Shown here: positions 16,261 to 23,509 of the stretch, piece after piece
Layout of the letters: each line of letters starts with the position of its first letter
Position numbering within the stretch: the first letter of the stretch is position 1
Source: Candidatus Methanofastidiosia archaeon
GTDB lineage: Archaea > Methanobacteriota_B > Thermococci > Methanofastidiosales > NM3
NCBI GenBank assembly: GCA_020854925.1
Contig: JAHKLV010000140.1
Span: forward strand, 1 to 41,167
Reading direction: 5' to 3'
DNA length: 41,167 bases
Translations under genes and position numbers: made by a program
The notes under the pieces: generated by a model
Databases searched by the model: none
What the model saw: the letters and a program-made list of their open reading frames with translations, nothing else
Told to the model about the DNA's origin: nothing

Positions 16261-17097
16261 TCATGCACCCCCCTTCCATGTGAGCATGGTGCGCACATGG
16301 GACTCGCGAAGCGCTAAGAGGCCCTCATGGGATACGAGCCGTGTGTCGAGATACCGCCTCACCGCGTCCCCATGGCTGCCCCTGTCAAGACCATACCTGT
16401 CGAGGAAATAGTCCTCAGCCTCACGCATCGAGGGGAAGATACGCTCCTTAGAGAGGCGCCGGGAGACGACATCAGGAAATATTTCCATGTCACACAGCAC
16501 GTTGTAGACAATGTCTGCCGTCGGCGCAGGATGATACGGGCGGCCCAAGATCTGTTCCTGCACGAACTGCCGGTCCCTGTCACTGCCCCCCGTTCCAGAA
16601 AACCAAAAGACATATACCTCCCTCGAAGATACATCAGTCATTTTTCTCAAAGCTGCCCGAAGATCAAGCATACCGAGGGAAAAAGATGCCAATACCACGT
16701 CATAGGGCGGTGAGAGATCCACCCCTGGAACAACATCGTCCCAGAGCTTTCGCACAATGGAAAATGACTGCACGTTGTAGGCACGTATGTTTTGTTCGAG
16801 GAGCGCACACATATGTATGTTTGGTTCCACGGCGGTGATATGTGCGACATAGGGGGCCAAGGGTATGGCTACCGAACCTGGACCAGCCCCGATGTCAAGC
16901 ACGTTGTCCGTGGGAAGCACGGACATTTCTCGAATAATAGTACGTCCCTTCGCCCAATCATTATGCTGGGATTCCCTGTTGAATCGTTCGGCACGGGTGG
17001 CATCCCAGTACCCTTCTTGGGAACGCCCCAATGACATGAGGTACTGCTCCATAGCCTTTTTCCACACCTCATTCCAATCGCGATGCATGTACTTCAT
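16261..17097 (-). CDS. Class I SAM-dependent methyltransferase
   Basis: 278 aa with SAM-binding motif VLDIGAGPGSVAIPLA. The stop lies 3 nt before the photolyase start. Confidence 0.8.
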   Translation of the reverse strand: MKYMHRDWNEVWKKAMEQYLMSLGRSQEGYWDATRAERFNRESQHNDWAKGRTIIREMSVLPTDNVLDIGAGPGSVAIPLAPYVAHITAVEPNIHMCALLEQNIRAYNVQSFSIVRKLWDDVVPGVDLSPPYDVVLASFSLGMLDLRAALRKMTDVSSREVYVFWFSGTGGSDRDRQFVQEQILGRPYHPAPTADIVYNVLCDMEIFPDVVSRRLSKERIFPSMREAEDYFLDRYGLDRGSHGDAVRRYLDTRLVSHEGLLALRESHVRTMLTWKGGA

Positions 17098-17220
17098 TGT
17101 TCCTTAAGGAATGAATGTTCAAATATGTTCCCCACAGAAGCATAGCACGCCGAGCGATTCCGGAGATGAGGAAATATACTACCCACGGGGAAACCTGCAA
17201 GAAAGAATAATGACGGCGGA

Positions 17221-17308
17221 TGGTGCGGGGGAAGGGATTTGAACCCTCGAACCCCTACGAGACAAGGCCCTCAACCTTGCGCCTTTGACCAATCTCGGCA
17301 ACCCCCGC
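17221..17308 (-). tRNA. tRNA-Leu (anticodon GAG), long variable arm, CCA encoded
   Basis: In the reverse complement: acceptor GCGGGGG/CCCCCGC, anticodon stem CAAGG/CCTTG with loop TTGAGGG, long variable arm, T-loop GGTTCAAATCC, 3' end ACCA. 88 nt. Confidence 0.9.
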
Positions 17309-17494
17309 ACGATAAGCGGTTGAGGAATCCCGTAGGGAACTAAGACAACTGAACAAATCAGTTGGTATTTAAAAACATTTTGGTTTATGCCCTTTCAGGG
17401 GAATGCTCCTGCAAGACACGTCCACGGTCATCATCTCACCAGCGCCGAGTTGCCGATTACTTCGCCCGTAGGTGAAGGTGATTATGCACGCGCC

Positions 17495-17523
17495 AAGAAA
17501 AGAGGGAAAAAAAAAGAAAAAAG
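17495..17523 (-). terminator. Oligo-T terminator after the ABC-2 exporter operon
   Basis: The minus strand reads CTTTTTTCTTTTTTTTTCCCTCTTTTCTT immediately after the TAG stop at 17524-17526. Confidence 0.55.
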
Positions 17524-18447
17524 CTAATCTCGAAGCTTCTTTCCGGTCAAGGACAAAAAAACATCCTCGAGCGTCGGCTCGGCTGACGAGATCGACACGA
17601 TGGAGCGTCCTGAGAGCACGGTGGCGATATCGAGCAAGAGCCCGTCTCGGTCCTCGATGAAGAGTTTGAGCATGCCGTTTGCGTAGAGAGCGTCCTTCAC
17701 GTTGGGAATGCCCTTCACATCGTCAAGAAGCCGTTCGTCTTCATCGACCTGAATCTGGATGATATCTTCCCCCTTAATCTGGCGCTTGAGGGCCCGAGGT
17801 GTGTCAATCGCCTTGATACGACCCTCGTCTATGATGGCGACCCGATTACAGAGATAGTCCGCCTCCTCCATGTAGTGTGTTGTTAGGAAGATGGTCGTCC
17901 CGCGCTTGTTGATGTCCCTTATAAAATCCCATATCATCCGCCGTGCCTGTGGGTCCATGCCCGTCGTGGGTTCGTCGAGGAAGAGGACCTTGGGTTCATG
18001 CATTAAGGCCATGACCACGTTGAGACGCTGCTTCATGCCGCCGGAAAAGTCTTTGACAAGGTCGTTTTTTCGCTTCTCAAGGCCCATTGCCTCAAGCATT
18101 TCAAGAGCACGCCGCTTGGCATCCACGCGCGAGACTCCGTACAGGGAACCGTAGAGTACCAGATTCTGGTAGGCGGTGAGCAGGTCATTAAGGGCAAGCT
18201 CCTGAGGAACGATGCCGATAATGGAACGGATGCCCCGCTCGTCTGTGAGCGGAATTCCCTTGACATGTGCCGTTCCCCCTGTTGGGCGAAGCTGGCACGT
18301 GAGCATGTTTACCGTCGTGCTCTTCCCCGCGCCATTGGGGCCGAGGAATCCAAAAATCTCACCTTCGCGAACATCAAAGGATATGCCATCCACCGCAACA
18401 AACGAACCAAATCGTTTTTCGAGTGCTTCAACAGTAATGGAACTCAT
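17524..18447 (-). CDS. ABC transporter ATP-binding protein (ABC-2/DrrA-like)
   Basis: 307 aa. Walker A GPNGAGKST, signature FSGGMKQRLNV, Walker B VLFLDEPTTGMD. ATGA overlap with the upstream permease. Confidence 0.9.
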   Translation of the reverse strand: MSSITVEALEKRFGSFVAVDGISFDVREGEIFGFLGPNGAGKSTTVNMLTCQLRPTGGTAHVKGIPLTDERGIRSIIGIVPQELALNDLLTAYQNLVLYGSLYGVSRVDAKRRALEMLEAMGLEKRKNDLVKDFSGGMKQRLNVVMALMHEPKVLFLDEPTTGMDPQARRMIWDFIRDINKRGTTIFLTTHYMEEADYLCNRVAIIDEGRIKAIDTPRALKRQIKGEDIIQIQVDEDERLLDDVKGIPNVKDALYANGMLKLFIEDRDGLLLDIATVLSGRSIVSISSAEPTLEDVFLSLTGKKLRD

Positions 18448-19637
18448 ATGCTTTCACCCCGCATGACAAGAAGGGTGCCGATAACAAAGATTGCCGCCGC
18501 AAAGACGATGGATATGCCAAGCGGTTGGGCGACACCCGAGATGCCCTCGCCCCGTATCATGACATCCCGCAGGGCGTCGTTGACGTAGGTGAGGGGAAAA
18601 ATCTTGGAGACGGAAGCCATCCACCCCTGGGAAAGCGGGAAGAAGATGCCTGATAGGAACATCATGGGAAAGTTGACAAGCGTTGCGGCCTGGGAAGCCT
18701 CATCGGCAGACTTGGCAAAGGATGCGATGATAAGGCCGATGCCTATCATGCCAAATGTCCCCACGAGCACGATGAGGGCGACAAGCCAGATCGGCCCGAC
18801 AATTGACAGGTCATAGAGGACCATCGCCACAAGGAGCAGAATCGCCACCTGGATGAGCACGATGACCATTTGTGAGAGCATGTCACCAACCATCACGGCC
18901 CCCCGTGACACGGGCGTCGAGAGGATTCGCCGCCTGATGCCCTTGACACGGTCCTCGACGATGCCAGCAGATGAACCAGTGACGCCCGTCCAAAGGATGG
19001 ACATGGCTACGAGACCCGGCACGAGATAGTCGATGTAGCTCAGTGCCTCGTCGCCCGATGCGGCAATGGGGACCGTGGCGGGCTCAAGGGGAACAGCCGC
19101 CGCACGAATAAAATCCCCCTGGTCGGGAGAAAGGTACTCCTGCGACTCTGCAGAAGCGATCTGCTGGGCAAAAAGCATGTCAGAGAATTCCGCTATGACG
19201 GCGTCGACAATGCTCAGCGCCACGCTCTGCTCGGTGGGGTCTGCACGTGCATCGTAATAGATATCAATCGGTACGGCACCATTGCCCGAAGGTACGATTG
19301 AAGCGGGCAGCACGAGCACGACGACACGCCCTTGGTCTCCTATCCAATACTGGGCCTCTTCATGCGCAGTAGCACGTGTCTGCTGTTCATATCGCACATT
19401 CAAGGCGTCAATGCCATCAAAAGACGAGGAAAACGCTTCGGTGAGCGCATCATCGTACCCCCCCAGGGGTGTGACGACCACCATTCCCACGGAAATGGGC
19501 GATGCATCCCCCCCAAAAGCGCTCCCAAATACGAGCATGAAGATGAGAGGATAAGCAACAAGGAAGACAAGAAGCTTCTTTTGGTGCCAGACTTCTGCCA
19601 AGCCCCTCCATCCAAGTAACAAGGACTGTCGAATCAT
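18444..19637 (-). CDS. ABC-2 type transporter permease
   Basis: N-terminal TM segment, large extracytoplasmic domain, then a C-terminal cluster of about 5 TM segments. I prefer ATG 19637; the ORF track uses a TTG at 19664. Confidence 0.8.
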   Translation of the reverse strand: MIRQSLLLGWRGLAEVWHQKKLLVFLVAYPLIFMLVFGSAFGGDASPISVGMVVVTPLGGYDDALTEAFSSSFDGIDALNVRYEQQTRATAHEEAQYWIGDQGRVVVLVLPASIVPSGNGAVPIDIYYDARADPTEQSVALSIVDAVIAEFSDMLFAQQIASAESQEYLSPDQGDFIRAAAVPLEPATVPIAASGDEALSYIDYLVPGLVAMSILWTGVTGSSAGIVEDRVKGIRRRILSTPVSRGAVMVGDMLSQMVIVLIQVAILLLVAMVLYDLSIVGPIWLVALIVLVGTFGMIGIGLIIASFAKSADEASQAATLVNFPMMFLSGIFFPLSQGWMASVSKIFPLTYVNDALRDVMIRGEGISGVAQPLGISIVFAAAIFVIGTLLVMRGESI

Positions 19638-19719
19638 GATAAACCCTCGTTTTCGTAAGTGCAAATGACCTATATATGGTTTTTTAATATATACGCAATA
19701 GAATATAGAGAAAAGAAAG

Positions 19720-19750
19720 GCGCCATCAAAGGGAAGGAAAGAGAAAAAAG
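19720..19750 (-). terminator. Oligo-T tract after tRNA-Arg(TCT)
   Basis: The minus strand reads CTTTTTTCTCTTTCCTTCCCTTT, starting 1-2 nt after the tRNA CCA end. Confidence 0.45.
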
Positions 19751-19751
19751 C

Positions 19752-19828
19752 TGGCGGACCCGGAGGGATTCGAACCCCCGGTCTACAGCTTAGAAGGCTG
19801 TCGCCCTATCCTGCTAGGCTACGGGTCC
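19752..19828 (-). tRNA. tRNA-Arg (anticodon TCT), CCA encoded
   Basis: Acceptor GGACCCG/CGGGTCC, anticodon stem ACAGC/GCTGT with loop CTTCTAA, T-loop GTTCGAATC, 3' end GCCA. Lies only 11 nt downstream of the rps3ae stop. Confidence 0.85.
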
Positions 19829-19839
19829 CTAGAGCCCCC

Positions 19840-20415
19840 TTATTTGAGCTTCTTAACCTTCACTACCTCAATCCGGCGGATGGGGTAGATCTTCTTCGCA
19901 CTCTTGTAGATATCCGAGGTGATCTTGCCAAGAATCATTTCCTGGATAAACGGCACCATCTCCATCTGGGAAGCCGCTTCTGCCATGTGCGAGCGTATGA
20001 GCGCATTGACAGCATCCGACTGCGAGTTCTGCATCCTGCGCGGGGCAATAGCCGTGACGGTAACGCGGAGCTTGGCTCCGTCCTTTGTCCTGAGGTCAAG
20101 GATATTGTCTAGCTTAGTATTGTTTCTCCTCGTCTGGGAACGTATGTATGAGCGGAGGAGCTCGTGCTGCTTGAACTCGGTGTATGCGTTTTCTCCCTGC
20201 ACGTCATTAATCTTAAAGTAGAGCTTCACGTGGGTCTTGGAGAAGTCGCCGGTAAGGTCTCGCAAGGACGTCATCATGGTGCGTCCCATCAGATTCTTGG
20301 GGTCACTGGAAACTATCTCGCCCAGGTTCTGCTTGCCAAACATATCGGGGGCAAACACATTGTACCACCGCTTCTCCTTCCAGGTGTCCTTCATCTGTCC
20401 TGATCTTCTAGCCAT
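19840..20415 (-). CDS. rps3ae: 30S ribosomal protein S3Ae (eS1)
   Basis: 191 aa. The sequence KEKRWYNVFAPDMFG...VKLYFKINDVQG is characteristic of archaeal S3Ae. Confidence 0.9.
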   Translation of the reverse strand: MARRSGQMKDTWKEKRWYNVFAPDMFGKQNLGEIVSSDPKNLMGRTMMTSLRDLTGDFSKTHVKLYFKINDVQGENAYTEFKQHELLRSYIRSQTRRNNTKLDNILDLRTKDGAKLRVTVTAIAPRRMQNSQSDAVNALIRSHMAEAASQMEMVPFIQEMILGKITSDIYKSAKKIYPIRRIEVVKVKKLK

Positions 20416-20534
20416 GTTTTCACCACTATCTTGATATGATAACCATCGTAACTGAAAGTAGATTGTCTCTTATTTTATCAAGTCCTTTTTAACTCTTTCG
20501 GGTAGGGTGCCATGAACATAGGACGGTACGTTCC

Positions 20535-20558
20535 GTGGCGAGGATATATCCGCGCCAC
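20535..20558. repeat. 24-nt near-perfect palindrome GTGGCGAGGATATATCCGCGCCAC
   Basis: Read directly from the sequence; there is one A/G mismatch. The core GGATATATCC recurs as GGATATGC at 20570 and 20621. Located in the rps3ae/ramA-like divergent spacer. Confidence 0.6.
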
Positions 20559-20706
20559 ACAAGCGTATGGGATATGCAGAACGACAGGGAGAAGCCGTAT
20601 TGCGAAAGCAAAAGGGGAGAGGATATGCTATACTGAAAGAGCTAAAGACAGAAAAATATTAATATACTACCTGAAAAATTCCCTACTTTAAGAGAGGAGA
20701 TACGTT

Positions 20707-22395
20707 ATGGCGCGCATAGGCATAGCCCTCGATGTGGGCACAAGCTGCTACAAGGCTCAAAAGATCGATCTTGACACACAAGAGGTCATGGGGACAGCCA
20801 TGACCCTTCATAATCCCCTGCCCGGTGCCAACGCCATCGACCAACGCGCCTTTGCGGCAAAATGGCCACAGATGTCCCATGAGCTGTGTATTATGGCGGT
20901 TAAACGGCTCATCGTCGGCCTAGGTGTGTACCCCTACGAACTTGAGCGTATGGCAATATGCGGCAACGCCGTACAGGTGTCCATTTTCCTCGGGCTCACC
21001 ATCGATGACCTTCTAAGCGAAGCAGCGGGTGCCCCCGATTCTTGTGGCACCGTTGACAGGGGAGCACGCATTCTCGATGCCGCAGACATCGATGGGCTAA
21101 AAAAGTATTCCCCTTGTCACATCGTCGTCCCGCCAGCTGCGCGTAATCGCATCGGGGCAGACAAGCTTGCCCTCGTGATGTATTCAGGGCTTCTCGAAGG
21201 GGAGGACAGCGCGCTCGCCATGGACTTTGGCATCGGTACAAAGGTGGCCCTCAAGGTGGGGGGCGTGGTCTACACCGGCTCCGTCGCCTCAGGTACGGGC
21301 CTGGGGGGACAGGGGCTGTCCTGCGGTACCGTGGCAAAGCCGCAGTCTGTCTGTGATTTCCGGTGGGAAGACGACAACTTGCGGGCTATGGTCCTCGATG
21401 ATGGCATGCACGTGACGGTGGGTGACCTTTTTGACCCGTTGACTGGCACCATGATTGAGCAGGGACAGGTGAAACCATTTAGCATTGCCGGTTCGGGTTC
21501 CGTTTCCCTCATCAGCGCCGGGATGGAGCGGGGCTTTATAGTGCCGCCGCGCATCCGTACGGCATCGGGTTCCATAGACATGAGGGTGGATCTTCGTTAC
21601 GATGAGGCAGACCTAGCCCTCACGGGCATCGCCATCGGGAAGGTACGAGCAGCATGCCGTGCCCTTACCGTCCTGGCAGGTATCGAGGCCGATGCGATAC
21701 ACCACGTCTACACGTCCGGTGCCATAGGCACCTACGCCGATCCAGATAAGGCGAAAACAGTGGGCCTCCTCCCCGATAGCACCACGCATGTCACCCAGAT
21801 AGGGAATACGTCGCTGCAGCTTGCACGCGAGCTCGTCAACAATCCGGGCCGTGCCTTTGAGCTTGAAGCCATTGCCGATTCGGTGCCGTGGCACTGGGTC
21901 GCCTTTGAACGGCTTCCCACGTATGTACGGGCCTTGGAATGTGAGCACGCATTCTGGGAAGACGGCATTTCTCCCGAGGGTATGGCATCCATGTGCGCCG
22001 CCAGAGGGATTCCCAAGCCCAACCCGAGGGCAGGTACCCCCCTGAAGGTAACGACCCTTGACCGAGATATACCTGAAATGGGAAAAGGGGGCCTAAAGAT
22101 ACGGAACATGGTGGACACCTGCCTGCACATCAAAGTCGAAGGATGTACCGGTTGCTTTTGCTGTACCGACATCTGTAAGAACAACGCCATAAAGCCCGAT
22201 ACCAAGGTCATCCACATCAGGACGGACCTGTGCAGCGGTCTCGGGTGCCAGAAATGCCAGATGACCTGCTCCACCGGTGTCATCAACTGGGACCGTATCG
22301 AGCTCGGGCGCTATGAAGACGAAACGAAGTGGATGCCGGCAAAATGGAAGCATACGCAAAACAAGGTCTGGGCATCATCTCCTACGAACGAGTAA
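20707..22395 (+). CDS. RamA-like corrinoid protein reductive activase (ASKHA/DUF4445 domain plus 2x[4Fe-4S])
   Basis: 562 aa. The N-terminus IGIALDVGTS opens an ASKHA-type fold. C-terminal cluster motifs are CTGCFCCTDIC and CSGLGCQKCQMTC. A GGAGA element lies 8 nt upstream of the ATG. Confidence 0.7.
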   Translation: MARIGIALDVGTSCYKAQKIDLDTQEVMGTAMTLHNPLPGANAIDQRAFAAKWPQMSHELCIMAVKRLIVGLGVYPYELERMAICGNAVQVSIFLGLTIDDLLSEAAGAPDSCGTVDRGARILDAADIDGLKKYSPCHIVVPPAARNRIGADKLALVMYSGLLEGEDSALAMDFGIGTKVALKVGGVVYTGSVASGTGLGGQGLSCGTVAKPQSVCDFRWEDDNLRAMVLDDGMHVTVGDLFDPLTGTMIEQGQVKPFSIAGSGSVSLISAGMERGFIVPPRIRTASGSIDMRVDLRYDEADLALTGIAIGKVRAACRALTVLAGIEADAIHHVYTSGAIGTYADPDKAKTVGLLPDSTTHVTQIGNTSLQLARELVNNPGRAFELEAIADSVPWHWVAFERLPTYVRALECEHAFWEDGISPEGMASMCAARGIPKPNPRAGTPLKVTTLDRDIPEMGKGGLKIRNMVDTCLHIKVEGCTGCFCCTDICKNNAIKPDTKVIHIRTDLCSGLGCQKCQMTCSTGVINWDRIELGRYEDETKWMPAKWKHTQNKVWASSPTNE

Positions 22396-22474
22396 CGCAT
22401 GAAGGCACGGCCACGGGAAAAAGGGGAAAAAAGACGGTGCGTGTACAGAAAAGGGGCAAAGAGAGATAGAAAAA

Positions 22475-22482
22475 TTTATAAA
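22475..22482 (+). promoter_or_regulatory. TATA box (TTTATAAA) for tRNA-Glu
   Basis: Its centre lies about 28 nt upstream of the mature tRNA 5' end at 22506. Confidence 0.6.
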
Positions 22483-22505
22483 TGCATTCGCTCCTCTCTT
22501 CTTAA

Positions 22506-22583
22506 GCTCCGATGGTGTAGTCCGGTCAATCATTCAGGCCTTTCGAGCCTGGGACTCGGGTTCGAATCCCGGTCGGAGCACCA
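22506..22583 (+). tRNA. tRNA-Glu (anticodon TTC), CCA encoded
   Basis: Acceptor GCTCCGA/TCGGAGC, anticodon stem CAGGC/GCCTG with loop CTTTCGA, T-loop GGTTCGAATCC, 3' end ACCA. Confidence 0.9.
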
Positions 22584-22612
22584 ACATTCTGACCGACTTG
22601 TTGCGATATGTA

Positions 22613-22620
22613 TTTATAGA
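22613..22620 (+). promoter_or_regulatory. TATA box (TTTATAGA) for the leaderless response-regulator gene
   Basis: Its centre lies about 26 nt upstream of ATG 22642. Confidence 0.5.
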
Positions 22621-22641
22621 ATGGTATATTTTTTGAACATA

Positions 22642-22989
22642 ATGCCATCAGTCCTTATCGCCGATGACGAGGAAGACCTCCGATTCATCTTCAATCGTGT
22701 GCTTTCAAAGCTCTACACCGTCTATGAGGCGGACACGGGGCTGCGTGCCATTGAGCTCTATGAGAAGCACCAGCCGGATCTTGTCATTATGGACACGAGG
22801 ATGCCGGGGCTTGACGGTATTGAAGCGACAAGAAGGATCATGCACGCACATCCGGATGCCCGGATTATCGGTGTGACGGGTTATGCCGACAAGAACGCTG
22901 CGTTCCAGGAAGCAGGCGCGCTGGCAGTCATACAAAAACCGTTTTCGCTTGCCGAATTATCAGAATATGTTGCTAAATACCTTCAATAG
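22642..22989 (+). CDS. Single-domain CheY-like response regulator receiver
   Basis: 115 aa. Acidic pocket LIADDEED, phospho-acceptor context LVIMDTRMPGLDG, conserved T (IGVTGY) and K (IQKPF). The upstream part of the 22399 ORF overlaps tRNA-Glu, so I discard it. Confidence 0.85.
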   Translation: MPSVLIADDEEDLRFIFNRVLSKLYTVYEADTGLRAIELYEKHQPDLVIMDTRMPGLDGIEATRRIMHAHPDARIIGVTGYADKNAAFQEAGALAVIQKPFSLAELSEYVAKYLQ

Positions 22990-23060
22990 ACGAATAATAT
23001 TCATGCACCGCATATCGTCGAGGGTATGCCTTCTGAGGCCCGTATCGGTTACAGAAAGAC

Positions 23061-23068
23061 TTTTAAAC
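23061..23068 (+). promoter_or_regulatory. TATA box (TTTTAAAC) for the initiator tRNA
   Basis: Its centre lies about 30 nt upstream of the tRNA 5' end at 23094. Confidence 0.5.
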
Positions 23069-23093
23069 AGATGTGTGTATGGGAGTTTAACGT

Positions 23094-23171
23094 AGCGGGG
23101 TGGGGCAGTTAGGAGTGCCCGGCGGGCCCATAACCCGCAGGTCGGTGGTTCAAATCCACTCCCCGCTACCA
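23094..23171 (+). tRNA. Initiator tRNA-Met (anticodon CAT), CCA encoded
   Basis: A1:U72 pair (AGCGGGG...CCCCGCT). Three G:C pairs close the anticodon stem (GCGGG/CCCGC) with loop CCCATAA. These are archaeal initiator hallmarks. Confidence 0.85.
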
Positions 23172-23229
23172 TTTCACCGTTTTTTAGCAAAGTATTTAAA
23201 TACTGAATTCCCACGATATGTGTGATATC

Positions 23230-23436
23230 ATGAGAATATCTAAATACTACGGACTAAAGATTTACAATGACAAGGCAGAATATGTGGGCATTGTCAATGA
23301 TGTTGTTCTTGAGTTCACCAAGGGAGAGGTGTTCGGCCTTGCAGTCGGCCAGGAACAAGGCATGGAAAACGTCGCCATCCCGTATTCCGACGTCGTCTCC
23401 GTGAACGACATTGTCCTTGTCAAGTCAAGGAATTAA
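23230..23436 (+). CDS. PRC-barrel domain protein
   Basis: 68 aa. YYGLKIYNDKAEYVGIVNDVVL...VAIPYSDVVSVNDIVLV is typical of small archaeal PRC-barrel proteins. TATTTAAATA at 23193-23202 favours ATG 23230 over ATG 23218. Confidence 0.7.
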   Translation: MRISKYYGLKIYNDKAEYVGIVNDVVLEFTKGEVFGLAVGQEQGMENVAIPYSDVVSVNDIVLVKSRN

Positions 23437-23475
23437 GACCGTCCTTCACCGTGTAGCGCAATGATTGGCAAAAAG

Positions 23476-23500
23476 AAGGTGCACGCATCGCATGCACCTT
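23476..23500. terminator. Hairpin between convergent genes (AAGGTGCA-9 nt-TGCACCTT)
   Basis: Perfect 8-bp inverted repeat read from the sequence, in the 73-nt convergent spacer. No function has been shown. Confidence 0.3.
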
Positions 23501-23509
23501 GTACCCGTC

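Noticed and set aside
17387-17536. 49-aa plus-strand ORF (MPFQGNAPARHV...KKRGKKKEKS) between tRNA-Leu and the ABC exporter.
   Set aside because: The ATG lies upstream of where the only nearby TATA would start plus-strand transcription. The Lys-rich tail is just the complement of the exporter's oligo-T terminator. No motif is recognisable.
20430-20456. Possible C/D-box sRNA (ATGATAA ... CTGA) upstream of rps3ae.
   Set aside because: There is only one imperfect C-like box and one CTGA, 9 nt apart. There are no C'/D' boxes and no terminal stem, so the element is too short for a guide RNA.
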